Assembly: GCA_964016885.1 (NCBI GenBank)
Contig: OZ024755.1
Span: 11,222,001 to 11,286,000, forward strand
DNA length: 64,000 nucleotides
Direction of reading: 5' to 3'
From: Eledone cirrhosa
Taxonomy: Eukaryota
Positions 30,916-47,400 of this stretch are shown here, piece by piece. The position numbers and the translations under genes were made by a program. Every line of letters starts with the position of its first letter. Position 1 is the first letter of the stretch. The notes under the pieces are model-generated. The model made no database searches and had not been told where the DNA came from. It was given only the letters and a program-made list of their open reading frames with translations.

Positions 30916-31385
30916 AAATCTGAAAAGAGAGATAAGTACACATCCTGTGTGTTAACGTGCTAATGTGTGTGTATTAGTTTGTAAAAAGACAGATGCGTTT
31001 ACGTTACAAAGTTTGGAAATGTGTACGTAAAATTAACACAAACGCGTTTCTAGATATTTATTTAAACGTGACCACTTTTATTTGCATTGTTTATTTATAT
31101 ATAATATATAATGAAATTATTGTGTACAGTGCTCAGGTGCACTACAACTCATCAAAGGTGCATGTATAGTTTACAATCTTTATCACAGGAAGATTGTAAT
31201 CTTTTGCAGCCCAGCTGATGAAGAGTTAAGTATCCATAGATTTCTATGACCACCTGTCTGCTAAAAAAAAATCACCGTGTCCAAACATGATGTAAACTAT
31301 ATTATATGTTTCCATACGCATTTTGCTATTTGTCAACTGTGTCTTCGTTGCATTTATACATATATATATATATATAGAATATATA

Positions 31386-31486
31386 CAGGATAGCCCCCAA
31401 AAATATTTACACACTTAAACAGCATTCTAATAAATATTGCCTGTACAGGTAATGAAAGTGTGTATACATTTGATGGGGACACCCTG
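31386..31486. mobile_element. 101-bp Tc1/mariner-type MITE
   Basis: TA|caggatagccccc..aaatatttacacactt ... aagtgtgtatacattt..ggggacaccctg|TA: imperfect TIRs of about 30 bp, TA on both sides. Confidence 0.75.
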
Positions 31487-31506
31487 TATATATATATATA
31501 TATATA

Positions 31507-31684
31507 TAGGAAAATGTATAACCTCGACGGCAGAGCTCAAGCCGTTTCGACGGCTATTTCTGGACGTAACGGCTTAAGCTCTGCCATCGGGATTATACAT
31601 TTTCCTATTACCTACCCTACTACCCTAAGTATTGAGTATTCTGGTGCGTTATGGTCCATCTGGTTCCTTACCACACTTCCTTCG

Positions 31685-31686
<2 letters not shown>
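31507..31686 (+). mobile_element. Penelope-like end with inverted duplication
   Basis: Arms 31507-31546 and 31568-31607; same family as 17990-18176. Confidence 0.7.
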
Positions 31687-31720
<34 letters not shown>

Positions 31721-31722
<2 letters not shown>

Positions 31723-32158
31723 AAAGTTTTATTTAAATTGTTGGGTTACAACTAGTAAATATTTATAACTGATATAAAAGCACTCAACAAGTATTTGGAG
31801 TATATTTACGATATTAAATAAATGGAAACTATATTTATAAAACCATATCTATTTCATTATATATATTTCAGGGATATCATATTAACAATATGTTATGCCT
31901 TCTTCAGACAAAATACAATATAGACAGTTTTATAGATAAATAGATTTCTTTCTTTCTGTTTACAATTTTTCACTGCCAAATCAACTTTTTCAAATACAAG
32001 TCGATGTTGAACGGTATGTCAAATCTATTTATCTATAAAACTGTCTATATTGTATTTTGTCTGAAGAAGGCATAACATATTGTTAATATGATATCCCTGA
32101 AATATATATAATGAAATAGATATGGTTTTATAAATATAGTTTCCATTTATTTAATATC

Positions 32159-32161
<3 letters not shown>
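31721..32161. mobile_element. Penelope-like fold-back insertion with a 141-bp inverted repeat and two hammerheads
   Basis: Arms 31807-31947 and 32021-32161, 73-bp spacer; CTGAAGA(32061)-aggcataacatatt gtt aatatgatatccct-GAAA-tata-TA. Confidence 0.85.
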
Positions 32162-32201
<40 letters not shown>

Positions 32202-32417
32202 AAATGAAAGCTATTGCAAACATTCTGCTATAGAGATGACTAGAACATCTTTACCATAGCAGCTGATGTGTCCCTGTGCTTTATACTCACACATTACTGC
32301 TCTAAACATGGTCTTACTATTGAGCACTCTGATAAGTCCTTTGCGCAAAATTTATCTTCGTGATTTTTCCGACGTATTTATAACTATAATTACTATCTCT
32401 GCCTTTGATTCTCTTTC

Positions 32418-33011
<594 letters not shown>

Positions 33012-33634
33012 TCCCTATGGATTATTGTGAATATAGTTACTATATAGCGGTGTAAGGCAATGAACTGTAAACAGAAATCTTTCTGATAACTACCTTCCCT
33101 GTTGGCAGAGATAACATTTTCCCTTCATTCATATTAAAACTGTTGTTTAACGAGCTGTTACTAAAACATCAGAAAGTAATTCATACAGATTCTGTGAGAA
33201 CTTTAAAGACACTATTTAGTTTAAACTACTCATCCCCTTATTCTCGAACTATTCACAGTCCACCAACTTTGGAGTACCTAAACCTACACAAGAAAAACTA
33301 CAGCCGTCAATCTCAACCGACTATGACTTGGTAGTAAGGTAGTATGTACCATGCGTTTGGTAGGAGTTTTAGTTGCCTTTGCAATCGCAAGCAAACACCC
33401 CCTCGATTCTCATCACCCTCCCTTCTTTGGTCCAGCGGAACATCAAGCATGTGACAACTAGAAGGAAAAAAGGGACGCATAAACACTGAACTGGTACTTT
33501 ATTTATCGACGAAGAAATGATAAATGGCGAAGTAGATCTCAGCGGGATTTAAACAGTCGTTAGAGCATTAGATATTTTCTCAGAGTCTCATGTTCTATGC
33601 TAAATTGACCACTTTACACAGACACACACACACA

Positions 33635-33705
<71 letters not shown>

Positions 33706-33718
33706 TTAATATAGAAGA

Positions 33719-33767
33719 GATTCTACAGGACTAGAACTGTTTCATTCTTTAGAAATCATCAGGAATC
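33719..33767 (-). ncRNA. Type I hammerhead ribozyme motif
   Basis: Reverse complement gattc-CTGATGA-tttc taaa gaat-GAAA-cag ttctagtc ctg-TA-gaatc; stems I and III perfect, stem II closing pair mismatched. Confidence 0.75.
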
Positions 33768-34238
33768 TGCTATGTATTGAGTACCTTACTTACTGTGGTT
33801 ACCTCCGATTCAACCCGGAATAACGTACCTATATATATATATATGTATATATATATATGTTTCTACTTTTGGCACAAGGCCAGCAATTAACCAGTATATA
33901 TAATATATAATATAATATATATATAATATATAATATATATATAATATAATATATATATATAATATATATAATATAATATATATATATAATATATATATAT
34001 AATATATAATATATATATAATATAATATATATATATAATATATATAATATAATATATATATATAATATATATATATAATATATAATATATAAATATAATA
34101 TATATAATATATAAATATAATATATATAATATATAAATATAATATATATAATATATAAATATAATATATATAATATATAATATAATATATATATATAATA
34201 TATATATATAATATATAAATATAATATATATATATAAT

Positions 34239-34325
<87 letters not shown>

Positions 34326-35377
34326 CAGGAACTGTTAACATTGTATAGGACAGTGATTGTGACACGATGTTTGTGGCACGATGTTTTCTCTGTGATGTTG
34401 CTGTTGTCTAAACGATGTTGCTGCCGCTGTTGTGTAAATGGTGTTTTTGTCTCAATGTGGTTGTTGGTGTTTAAATGTTGTTGGCTAAATGATGTCTAAA
34501 CGATGATGTTTTTGTCTTGTCTACATGTTGTCTTGATGTTGTTGTTGTTGCAGCTGTCGAACAATCGTTATTTTTGAGTGAATATCTTTATAATTCTTCT
34601 AATTATGCAATTATTATTTCTTTTGTTATTTACTGATTGCGTTTGTTAATTTTTAATTACTGTCTGTAGTCAATGACAAGCTTCACTATAGTAAGTACAA
34701 ATTGAGAAACACCAGACATCTGGCTGATTGACATAGAAACATACACACTGACATCTGACTTACTGGCATTGAAACACACACGCACACAGATCTGACTGGT
34801 AGACATTGAATCATATACTGACACATACTGACACATACACACACTGATTCATAAGACGTTTGGCTGATTGGCAATGAGACTTTATTTCACATTGCACCAG
34901 TTTATTCAGCTGACAAAAAGAGGTTGTACCTGTAATTTAAAGGACCAACGTTGTTACATTCTGTATCACGCTGAATCTTCCTGAGAACAAAGTTAAGGGT
35001 ACGCATATCAGTGGAATGCTCACACACTTGCACGATAATTTCACTAGTAGGCTGTTCCAGTGATCGTCGTAACCAACATAGTGCCACTTTTTTTTTTAAA
35101 TACATTTATGGGAAAACACAACCAGATCCTTTTTAATTCACGAAATGGATATTCAGTTAATGCAACAACTGAATGCTCATGCTCGAAATTGACGGAGTAC
35201 CAATCATTATCATCAACAACATTCATTCTCAGATATAGAAAAAAATGAGATGGTCATGGTTGGAATGTCATTGATCACTGTGCTGCTCTATCAGGAATCA
35301 ATCAACAACGACAACATCAACATAAACAAACTAATGAAGATCGAACTGAAAATTATCGGTATCGACTACATAGGCAA

Positions 35378-35413
<36 letters not shown>

Positions 35414-35472
35414 CTGTGTGTGTGTGTATGTATGTATATATATACACACACACATAACTGTGTGTATGTGTC

Positions 35473-35516
<44 letters not shown>

Positions 35517-36004
35517 TAACTGTGTGTGTGTGTATGTATATATATACACACACACACGCAAATATATATATATGCAGAAACACGACAGCAAACGCAACAC
35601 ACACTTCGTACATGCACAAACAATAGAGTAAAACACACACAACATGCATACATACATGGGTGCGATGTAAACGCACACAGGCAGATACAAGACAGCATAC
35701 GCTTATATCATATATACATACAATTCCTGGTTTCTAATTTCAACAACAAGACCTAACCAATCGATACTATTTGAAGAATCTACTTAAATAGAAAGAACTG
35801 TATTATGTGGCTAAAAACTAGAGAGGCGATTTTAGTTCCTCATAATTTCCTTCTTGTGTCACACTCAATGGTCTTCTAATCAATCACAGTTCAGAGGTGG
35901 GTGGGGGTGGGGTGTGTGAGAGAGAGAGAGAGAGTGGGGGGGTGTAAATATGTGAGCATGTATACATCTGTGTATGTGTGTATGTATATATATATATATA
36001 TATT

Positions 36005-36542
36005 TTGTTATACTTGGGGAGGGTCATATTGTTGTAATAATATTGCCAGAAATAATAACAATGGAACACACTCACTGTTTGGTTCGTTTTCGCTTCTGCA
36101 TCTTTTATATCTCCATAGTTAATTCCTTTGTCTCTCACTGACTGACCAACGGTAAAAAATACAGATATAAATACATATATATAGTCTAACAAAGTTCTTT
36201 CGTTGCACATCTGCAACATCATCAGTGGTACTACTATTATGTTTCCTCCTGTTGCATTGTATTGTATTGTATGCAAAAATGGCGTAGACATACAATACAA
36301 CAGGAGGAAACATAGTACCACTGATGATGTTGCAGATGTACAACGAAAGAACTTTGTTTGACTATATATATGTATTTATATCTGTATTTGACCGTTCGTC
36401 AGTCAATGATAAACGTTGATGGCCAAATGAATTAACTGTGGAGATATAAAAGATGCAGAAGCGAAAACCAACCAAACAGTGTGTTCTGTTATTATTTCTG
36501 GCAATATTATTACAACAATATGACCTTCCCCAAGTATAACAA
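36005..36542. mobile_element. Penelope-like fold-back with arms of about 260 bp, one hammerhead-like motif per arm
   Basis: Arms 36005-36273 and 36289-36542; CTGATGA-t-gttgca gatg tgcaac-GAAA (36181-36236 minus; 36312-36365 plus). Confidence 0.8.
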
Positions 36543-36593
36543 TATTTGTTTCGACACACGATTTCATATCAAAAACCTCGGAAAACACACACA

Positions 36594-36649
<56 letters not shown>

Positions 36650-36789
36650 TCTCTATCTTTCTCTGTCTCCGTGACCCAACGGCTTATTTAAAAAATATCC
36701 TATACTAACTTACCTAATAATTAAAGCTACAACTCCACTATCCGGGAGCTTCCAACAGTAATGGTTACATTCTTTAAGGATATGTCAAT

Positions 36790-37010
36790 ATTTATTTATA
36801 AAACTGTTCTATATTATATTTTATCTGATGAAAGCGCACCATAATTTAACTCGGTGTCCTTGGAATATGTATAATGAAATAAATATGGTTTTATAAATAT
36901 AGTTTCCATTTATTAATATCGTATTTTTACTCCAAATATTTGTTGAGTGCTTTATATCAGTTATAAAAATATTTGCTTGTTGTATCCCAACAATTTAAAT
37001 AGAACTTTAC
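36790..37010 (+). mobile_element. Penelope-like end, same family as 31721-32161, hammerhead with GAAA>GGAA
   Basis: CTGATGA(36825)-aagcgcacc...ggtgtcctt-GGAA-tatg-TA-taatgaaat; downstream part matches the reverse complement of 31721-31860. Confidence 0.75.
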
Positions 37011-37519
37011 ATATATATATATTTATTATGTACACATGCCTGTGTGTATATAGGGATGGCAGCGTGGGTAAGGCGTTTGTTTCACAAGGTGCCGGGTTCA
37101 GTCAGGCCACTTGATACTCTGGGCAACTATCTTCTACAATATTCTTGAATTTACCAATGTCTTATAAGTGAAATTTAGTGGACGGAAACTAGGGACTAGT
37201 TTTAGTGGATTATGTCTATCGCAGTGCCTTTTTTTTTTTTTTTTTTTTTTTATCTTTTGTTTCAAGTCTGATACTGATTTTATTGACCTCTCTTCTCGAA
37301 CCACTACATTCCATAAAATAAAGACATGAACACACACACACACACTTAAAAGCAGCAGACAAGTTTCGATCTTATTAAATCTCCCCAGCAAAGCGTATTC
37401 ACTAAATTGACTGGACAAAGAATATAGCCAAATGTATGGAAAAGAGGAAAGAAATTATGCGTTGACTATATGCAACAAAGTTGCTATGAAAAGGCCCGGA
37501 GGGGGGGGGGTTGCTTGTG

Positions 37520-37880
37520 CTTTGTATGTGTGTATGTATATTTATGTGTGTATATATAAATATACATATATATATATATGCGTGTATGTGTATATATATA
37601 TATTTATGTGTACATATATAAATATACATATATAAATATATTTATATGTATATATGCGTGTATGTATATATATATACATGTATATGTGTATATGTGTATA
37701 TATATATATGTATGTGTATATATATATATATGTATGTGTATATATATATATATGTATATATATGTATGTATATATATATATGTATATGTATATATATGTA
37801 TATATATGTATATGTATATATATGTATATATATATATATGTATATATATGTATGTATATATATATATATATATATGTATG

Positions 37881-37911
<31 letters not shown>

Positions 37912-37946
37912 GTATGTATATATGTATATATATGTATGTATATAAG

Positions 37947-37980
<34 letters not shown>

Positions 37981-38069
37981 AGTGTATATATATGTATGTA
38001 TATAAGTGTATATATATATATGTATATAAGTGTATATATATATATGTATATAAGTGTATATATATATAC

Positions 38070-38113
<44 letters not shown>

Positions 38114-38136
38114 ATAAGTGTATATATATACATATG

Positions 38137-38169
<33 letters not shown>

Positions 38170-38297
38170 ATAAGTGTATATATATACATATGTATGTATA
38201 TATGTGTATATATATACATATGTATGTATATATGTGTATATATATACATATATATATATGTATGTATATATATATATATATATATAGATATATGTAT
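37520..38297. repeat. Compound (TA)n/(TATG)n microsatellite
   Basis: Direct reading. Confidence 0.95.
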
Positions 38298-38888
38298 AAG
38301 ACAGGTTTAATTAATTCTAAAGACTGCTCTGTATCGGTATAGGGGTCCATGCAGTAATTAACGTTTGTATATATATTTCATGTCTTATTGGTCTAGTCAG
38401 TGGTACAATTAAGGAAAACTCTGGAATAATTTTCTATAGAATAGGACAGTTGTCTAGAAATAACACATCGCATTAGATATTTTCGTTTGACAGATGAAAC
38501 AATGTTTCACACACATACACATGTATATATTTATGTATGTGTATGTATGTATAGTAACATATGTTTGTGTGTTGCTGTGCATGTGTGTGTATCTATTTCT
38601 GAATGTATCTATGTGAGTGTGCGTATTTATGTGTGCGTGTATTTATATGAGTATGTATTTATGTGTGTGTATGTCTGTATTTTACAAGACATGTACACGA
38701 CACAGACGCGCGCATATACACATACATACCAATATATTTATATGTGTGTGTGTATTTCTCCGTCAAAATTAAAGGCAGATTTATGGTGTTTGTGTTCAAA
38801 ATGCAATGCTGCATGGAAGTGAGACTTGGGCCTTATACCTAAATTAGAAATTATTAATTCAACTATTACATTTATTCTGTAAATTTGA

Positions 38889-39035
38889 CTCAACTCAACA
38901 TAAGGTAGGCTCAACTCAAAATAAGGCAGGCTCAACTCAACATAATGCAGGCTCAATTCAACATAATGCAGGCTCAATTCAACATAATGCAGGCTCAATT
39001 CAACATAATGCAGGCTCAACTCAACATAAGGTAGA
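38889..39035. repeat. 21-bp minisatellite (ctcaa[ct]tcaacataatgcagg), about 7 units
   Basis: Direct reading; followed by a hAT/Charlie-like end (tttggggaccgctg, about 39108-39122). Confidence 0.9.
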
Positions 39036-39935
39036 CCGGGATAGACAAGAAAATGGAAAGATGTAATATTTCTGCGCGGCCCAGTATCAAGTGGTCCACG
39101 GATCGGTGTTTGGGGACCGCTGGCTTACATAGTAGACTGGCAGATAGCGACAGAAGTAAACAGAGATCCAAAGGGAAAGGTAACACGAGGAAGTTTGGTG
39201 TGGCTTATGTTGTAGGCTAACCAGTAATGATAGTGGCAAAGGGGCCCATGAGGGTTTGATGCCACGAGAGAGCTTCTGTCTGGTTTATATATAAGACAGT
39301 TAGTAATAGAGGTGGCACAGAGCAGAGATGACATAGGGAATTGGTGACTGGTTTATATATTATATTAAGCACAAACTAAGCAAATAATGCTTTTCTCTGT
39401 TGATTAGTGCTGTAGGGAAAAATACGATGAGAGGATATTTTAGCATAGTGGAGAATATGTACTATATGTAAATACACATTTCTATACACACACACACATA
39501 TATATATATATACATATATGTATATAGGCACACTCATTTTTACATACATATATATTCCCTAATGCACATATATCTAGATGTGTAAGGTAAACAGATTCTT
39601 TATGTGTGTGTATGTGTATATATGTGTGGGTGGTATAGCGTCGTGTAATACTGTTACTGTTGTGTGAGGTTGAACTAAATTACATTCTGTTGATATGGAT
39701 TATTATTATATTCCACTGGAGGCTTCTGTTCAAAGCAGACATCTAACACGCATGTATGTGTACACTGCTGATTGGGGATTTATGTACATACTTTCATGTT
39801 TTCACTTAGCTGATATATCTAATATATTTATCGTATCGTATTGTATTTCCCCATGTCCTTATGGCAAATAAAAGACCACTATTATCATTATCATATTTAC
39901 CACGCAATATTCTGGCGCAAGACATTCTTGTAAAA

Positions 39936-40235
39936 CAGTGGTTCCCGCAAAGGAATGTCTGGGGTCCCGTGAAAAAGAGTCAGAATAGTGTATTTATATT
40001 ACGACTCTATAATATTCTTAGACTTTGGGGTATCACTCACATGCGTGCAGGCAAAAGTAACATGTCTCGAAATCACATTTTTCATGCAGATCAGCAAACT
40101 TTCTCCCTAAATCAAGAATACACATTGTTTCAAATGCTCCATTAATATCATATGGACACCCAAAATTTCATATGCCCCCCACCCCTAAACAAATTCCATA
40201 TGACCACCAGGGGGAGCATCCGTTGAGAAACACCG
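39936..40235. mobile_element. Degenerate hAT/Charlie-like MITE
   Basis: Ends cagtggttccc... and ...gttgagaaacaccg; no clear TSD. Confidence 0.4.
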
Positions 40236-40496
40236 GTCTAGCACAACGGGACTGGGCAGGCTTAATGTTGAGCAGCATAAGATTTATTCCTTAAAAATTG
40301 AATGAGAAATTCAAAGGTATATAGATTCCATGAATGATTTCTGGGATATTTACAGCTCAAATGATATCAAATTTTTTGAAACGCCCTGTGTATGTGTGTG
40401 CGCGCGCGCGCGCGTTGAAATGTCCAACACCCCCAGCAGACAACTGATGAAGGAAAATGTTCTCCCGTTCTTGTTTTCCTCTTTATATATATATAT

Positions 40497-40815
40497 CATC
40501 ATCATTTTACGCCCGCTTTTCCCTGCTTGCAAGAGTGGAACGGGAACTGATTCTGGCTTGATTTATACAACTGGATGCCCTTCCTAACACCAACCTCATT
40601 TACAGTGAGTGCTGGGTGCTTTTGGGGCGTGGCACCTCCACGACCACTTTGCAGTGGAATGATAGGGACTGGGGTCATTTGTACAGCTGAAAAACTGGAG
40701 CAATGTGAAATAAAGTGTCTTGCTCAAGGACACAACACAACACATCACCCGGTCTGAGAATTGAACTTACAATCTTTCGATTGCAAGGCCAATGCTCTAA
40801 CCACTAAGCTATATG
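40497..40815 (-). mobile_element. Composite SINE: family C head, RTE-like 3' end, (ATG)n tail
   Basis: Highly similar to 53369-53698. Confidence 0.8.
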
Positions 40816-40904
40816 CTTCCATGAGATAATATTTTCGAATCAGCGAGCAAGTTTGAAATTATTATAAATGTAGTCTATCGCCTACATTTGACTAAAGAAA
40901 TTAA

Positions 40905-41046
40905 AGAAATTATTTAGCCTGATAGTGGGGTTAAGAACCCTCGGAGAAATGTAAAAAGATGAGTATTGACGCACATGTACGTCAATACTCATCTTTTTCC
41001 ATTTCTCCGAGGATTCTTAACCCCACTATCAGGCTAAATAATTTCT
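40905..41046. repeat. 142-bp near-perfect spacerless palindrome
   Basis: 71-bp arms, 3 mismatches by eye, centre ACA|TGT. Confidence 0.92.
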
Positions 41047-41659
41047 ATATATATTTATATATAATGCAGAGTTGCAAAGTCAACAAAAGACACAGATGGT
41101 GTGCAAATGACAGAAAAGATGACTTACCCCATGTCATGTAGAGTAAATAATTGTATCCACAATTTGTGTGTTGGTCCTATGAGAAGCACGTCACCATTAT
41201 TCATATGAGGTGATGCTATATTGTTATTGCAACTATGAGTCTTGAAAAAGATGGATGTTCATTGGATATGTAAAGTCGGTTTCTATTGGTCAATCCAAGT
41301 CCGTATTAAAATCAGTATTTGGTTGGCTACTCGGTATTATTGAACAATGGTGAATTTTCCCTCTTCCTAACATTCTTTACCGTCGCGTTTGAATAATCAA
41401 ACATTCTTTCTGCGTCTGTGAAACTTTGAGCGTATGGTGGACCAATTAGAATAGTGGCAACTGAAATTTAGAATGAGCAGAAGGTAATTCTGGAGAGGAG
41501 ACGGAATGTTAGATAAGCAGAAGGTAATTCCAATAAAAAAAGGGGGTGATAACAGAATTTCAGAATGGAGGGAGAAGAGTGTCAAAATGAATAAAAAGCA
41601 GTTTCTGAATGGAAACAACATGATTCAGAAATGTTATCTGTAATATTTTATATATTTAA

Positions 41660-41936
41660 CCGAATTGAGAGATCACAGCTCTGGTACAATGGGCATGTGG
41701 TTAGAATGCCCCAGGAAAGTATCGTGGGACAGATTTTAAGGGCAAAACCAACAGGTAGGAGACCTCGGGTAGACTCCAGCCAAGATAGTTAGATAACATC
41801 CATGAGCTTGGCTGGTCACGCTTGGAGATTCAGCCGGAATAGTTGGAGAGGGTGGCTTTTGACAGAACCTGCTGGAGGGAGTGTTTGAGGACTCTGCCCT
41901 CACGATTCTCTCAGGAATAAGTGGGCGAAGAAGAAC
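41660..41936 (+). mobile_element. RTE LINE 3' end
   Basis: RIERSQLWYNGHVVRMPQE...KPTGRRPR...DRTCWR, with (GAA)n tail. Confidence 0.8.
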
Positions 41937-42811
41937 CTTGTAGATCTCTTTAATAGATGTATTTGGTTTGTAGAGTATGTTAGACCTCTGTCGGTTGTAA
42001 CGTTGATTACTCCCGTCGTTTGACCAGTTGAACTGCCGGCTCCTGATATTAACGTGCAAGATGGTGAGTATTCCTCAGACGCGAGGACGTTTAAAGTAGT
42101 TCTTATAAATATAGAGCTTGGCAAGCGTAACCCTTTATATTACAGGTACGACTCAATTTGTTTCCCAGCCGTGTGGACTGGAACAGCCTGGAATAAAATA
42201 CCTTACTCAACACACCACCGAGAATAGCCCCGACAGTCTTACGACCGTGAGCCAAACACCTTAACCACTTAGCCTGACGTCTTCACTTAAATATTAAATT
42301 AACTATAATTGTACCTAAGAGAAAAATCTACGATTTTTATTCTGCCACAAGACAGGTGTACTCATTTGAAGTGTCAAATTGTACTAGAGAACTTTCTGAT
42401 CAATCTTTGTATAGCAACTGGCAATTTTGAATCACAGAAAATGCCAGAAAATGCCAGACAAGGCCAGGAGATGCCAAAATCACTAATCCTCTGTGGTATC
42501 ATTTCTTTATCCAATACTGAATATATGATTGAATTTACTATATCAGATGAGCCAGGACACACACACACAGACAAACATATGTATGTATATGTGTTCCCAT
42601 GTACGAGTATACACACATATATATATATGTGCTTGATTGTGTATATAAATGTAATGCGTTTATTCAGATATAGCTACATATCAATTGATAGACATTTCAG
42701 AGTGAATATCTATCTGTTTGCCTATCTTTATATCCATGTAATTATCTAAATGTACGTCTATATATATAAATATATATATATATAAATATATAAATATATA
42801 TATATAAATAT

Positions 42812-42920
42812 AGTATTAAGGATACTATTTATGGTTATGTATATAATAAAACCTTATATAGGAGGAAACAATTGTAAGCAAATAAATGATTTAAACTGAA
42901 CTTTGATTCATGTAATTTCT

Positions 42921-42921
<1 letters not shown>
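42812..42921. mobile_element. Short Penelope-like insertion with internal inversion
   Basis: 42812-42860 matches 47058-47107 in the same orientation; 42861-42921 is the reverse complement of about 47222-47282. Confidence 0.75.
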
Positions 42922-44999
<2,078 letters not shown>

Positions 45000-45038
45000 G
45001 AGATTACAGTAATCAAAGTTCAGTTTAAGTCATTTATT

Positions 45039-45085
45039 TGCTTACAATTGTTTCCTCCAAACCGAGGTTTGGATTCTTCGGAGCA
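45039..45085 (-). ncRNA. Type I hammerhead motif, CCGAAGA core variant
   Basis: Reverse complement tgct-CCGAAGA-a-tccaaac ctcg gtttgga-g-GAAA-caattg-TA-agca. Confidence 0.7.
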
Positions 45086-45239
45086 GTTATTTATAACATA
45101 CTTGACCTCCTTTTCAACCCAAGAGACACATAAAACATATGTGCATATTGATCAATATTTTTCTTTTACTTTTACTTTTACCTGTTTCAGCCATCCGGCT
45201 GAGGCCATGCTGGGGCACCGCCCTTGTTGCTACACATTT

Positions 45240-46162
45240 TATCTCCAGCCTGTATAGATTGGCCACTGGTGTAGGAGGGAGTTTGTTGCTGCTGCCCTTA
45301 GGTTTCCCTCGTGTCTTGCTGTGGGCTCATCCGGGATTCTGGATAACAAGGTGTCGAGATGTTTCTTAAAGACATCCACCTCCACGTCATGCAAGTCTCG
45401 CAGATGCCTCGGCAGCCTGTTGAAGAGTTGAGGGCCCTTGAATCCCAGGCTATTGCAATACCTGCTCCTTATTCTAGATGTGGAAGACGGGACCTTTGGC
45501 ACCACACAGGGACGTCCTGTTCGACAGTTGGTCCAGCTCCCAATGCCAAAGTTTAGCGCTAGTCCCTCCAGGATTTTCCACATGTAGATCACTGCGTATC
45601 TCTCCCGTCTTCGCTCCAAGGAGTAGAGGTTCAGTTCCTTTAGCCTCTCCCAGTAGCTTGTCTCCCTCATCTTGGCAATCCTCTTGGTATAGCTTCGCTG
45701 GATTGCCTCAAGCTCCGTGGTTAGTTTGACAGCTGGGAGCAGTAGTCCAGGCGGCTTAGGACAAAAGTCCTCCACAGTGTCAACATGGTGTCTCGATCTC
45801 TTGTAAGGAAAGTCCTCAAGATCCAGCCAGCGAATCGTCTACATGTTGTCGCCACCTTCATGATGTGTGAAGAAAAAGATGCATCATCGCTCATGTCTAT
45901 GCCCAGGTCTCGTATCGATTTTGACACGGGGATATCGGTCCCTCCTGGTCCTGTGTAGCTGTATTCCGCTATATTTGTGTTTGTGTTTGCAGGTTTGTAT
46001 TGTAGGGCTTGGAATTTGCCAGCATTAAACTGCATGTTGTTTTCTTCCGCCCATCTGTATATGGCATCCAGATCCTGCTGTAAGAGGGCAGCGTCAGCCG
46101 GGATTTTGATTGCCCGTGCTACCTTAGTGTCATCAGCATAGCTAGTGAGGGATGTTGTTGCA
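45240..46162 (-). mobile_element. 5'-truncated CR1-clade LINE (RT C-terminal half)
   Basis: SYADDTK...[23 protein letters not shown]...RDLGI...SRLDYCSQL, a frameshifting deletion near 45725, then LEAIQRSYTKRI...SYWERLKELNLYSLERRRER. Confidence 0.93.
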
Positions 46163-46269
46163 TATATATATATATATAAATATATATAAATATATATATA
46201 AATATATATAAATATATATATAAATATATATATAAATATATATATAAATATATATATAAATATATATAT

Positions 46270-46318
<49 letters not shown>

Positions 46319-46497
46319 AATATATATAAATATAAATATATATAAATATAAATATATATAAATATATATAAATATAAATATATATAAATATATATAAATA
46401 TAAATATATATAAATATAAATATATATAAATATAAATATATATAAATATAAATATATATAAATATAAATATATAAATATAAATATATATATATATAA

Positions 46498-46537
<40 letters not shown>

Positions 46538-46652
46538 ATATATATATATATATATATAAAAATAAATATATATACTAGTATCATCAGCATAGCTAGTGAG
46601 GGATGTTGTTGCATATATATATATATAAATATAAATATAAATACATATAAAT

Positions 46653-46843
<191 letters not shown>

Positions 46844-46844
46844 A

Positions 46845-46901
<57 letters not shown>

Positions 46902-46902
46902 A

Positions 46903-46971
<69 letters not shown>

Positions 46972-47012
46972 AATATATAAATATATATATATATATATAA
47001 ATATATATATAC

Positions 47013-47043
<31 letters not shown>

Positions 47044-47057
47044 AATATATATATATA

Positions 47058-47400
47058 TAGTATTAAGGATACTATTTATGGTTATGTATATACTAAAACC
47101 TTTTATAGTTATATATATTTTAAACCCTAAATATTGAAAGACAGTAATTTATTACTATCTTATTACCAGTAAGATAAATATCTCAATGTAACAACATCAG
47201 TTGTTTTACAGAGCAGTTATATAGAAATTACATGTATCAAAGTTCAGTTTAAATCATTTATTTGCTTACAATTGTTTCTTCCAAACCGAGGTTTGGGTTG
47301 TCTTCGGAGCAATTATTTACATACTTGACCTCCTTTTTAACACAAGAGACATATAGAAACATGTATATATTGACCCACAGTGGGTTGACATCCATTATAA
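47058..47400 (-). mobile_element. Penelope-like end with CCGAAGA hammerhead (47262-47312)
   Basis: Reverse complement ttgct-CCGAAGA-caa-cccaaac ctcg gtttgga-a-GAAA-caattg-TA-agcaa; homologous to 45000-45157. Confidence 0.75.

Noticed and set aside
38889-39035. 21-bp and 22-bp (14055) tandem arrays as CRISPR-like
   Set aside because: No unique spacers, no cas genes, eukaryotic context.
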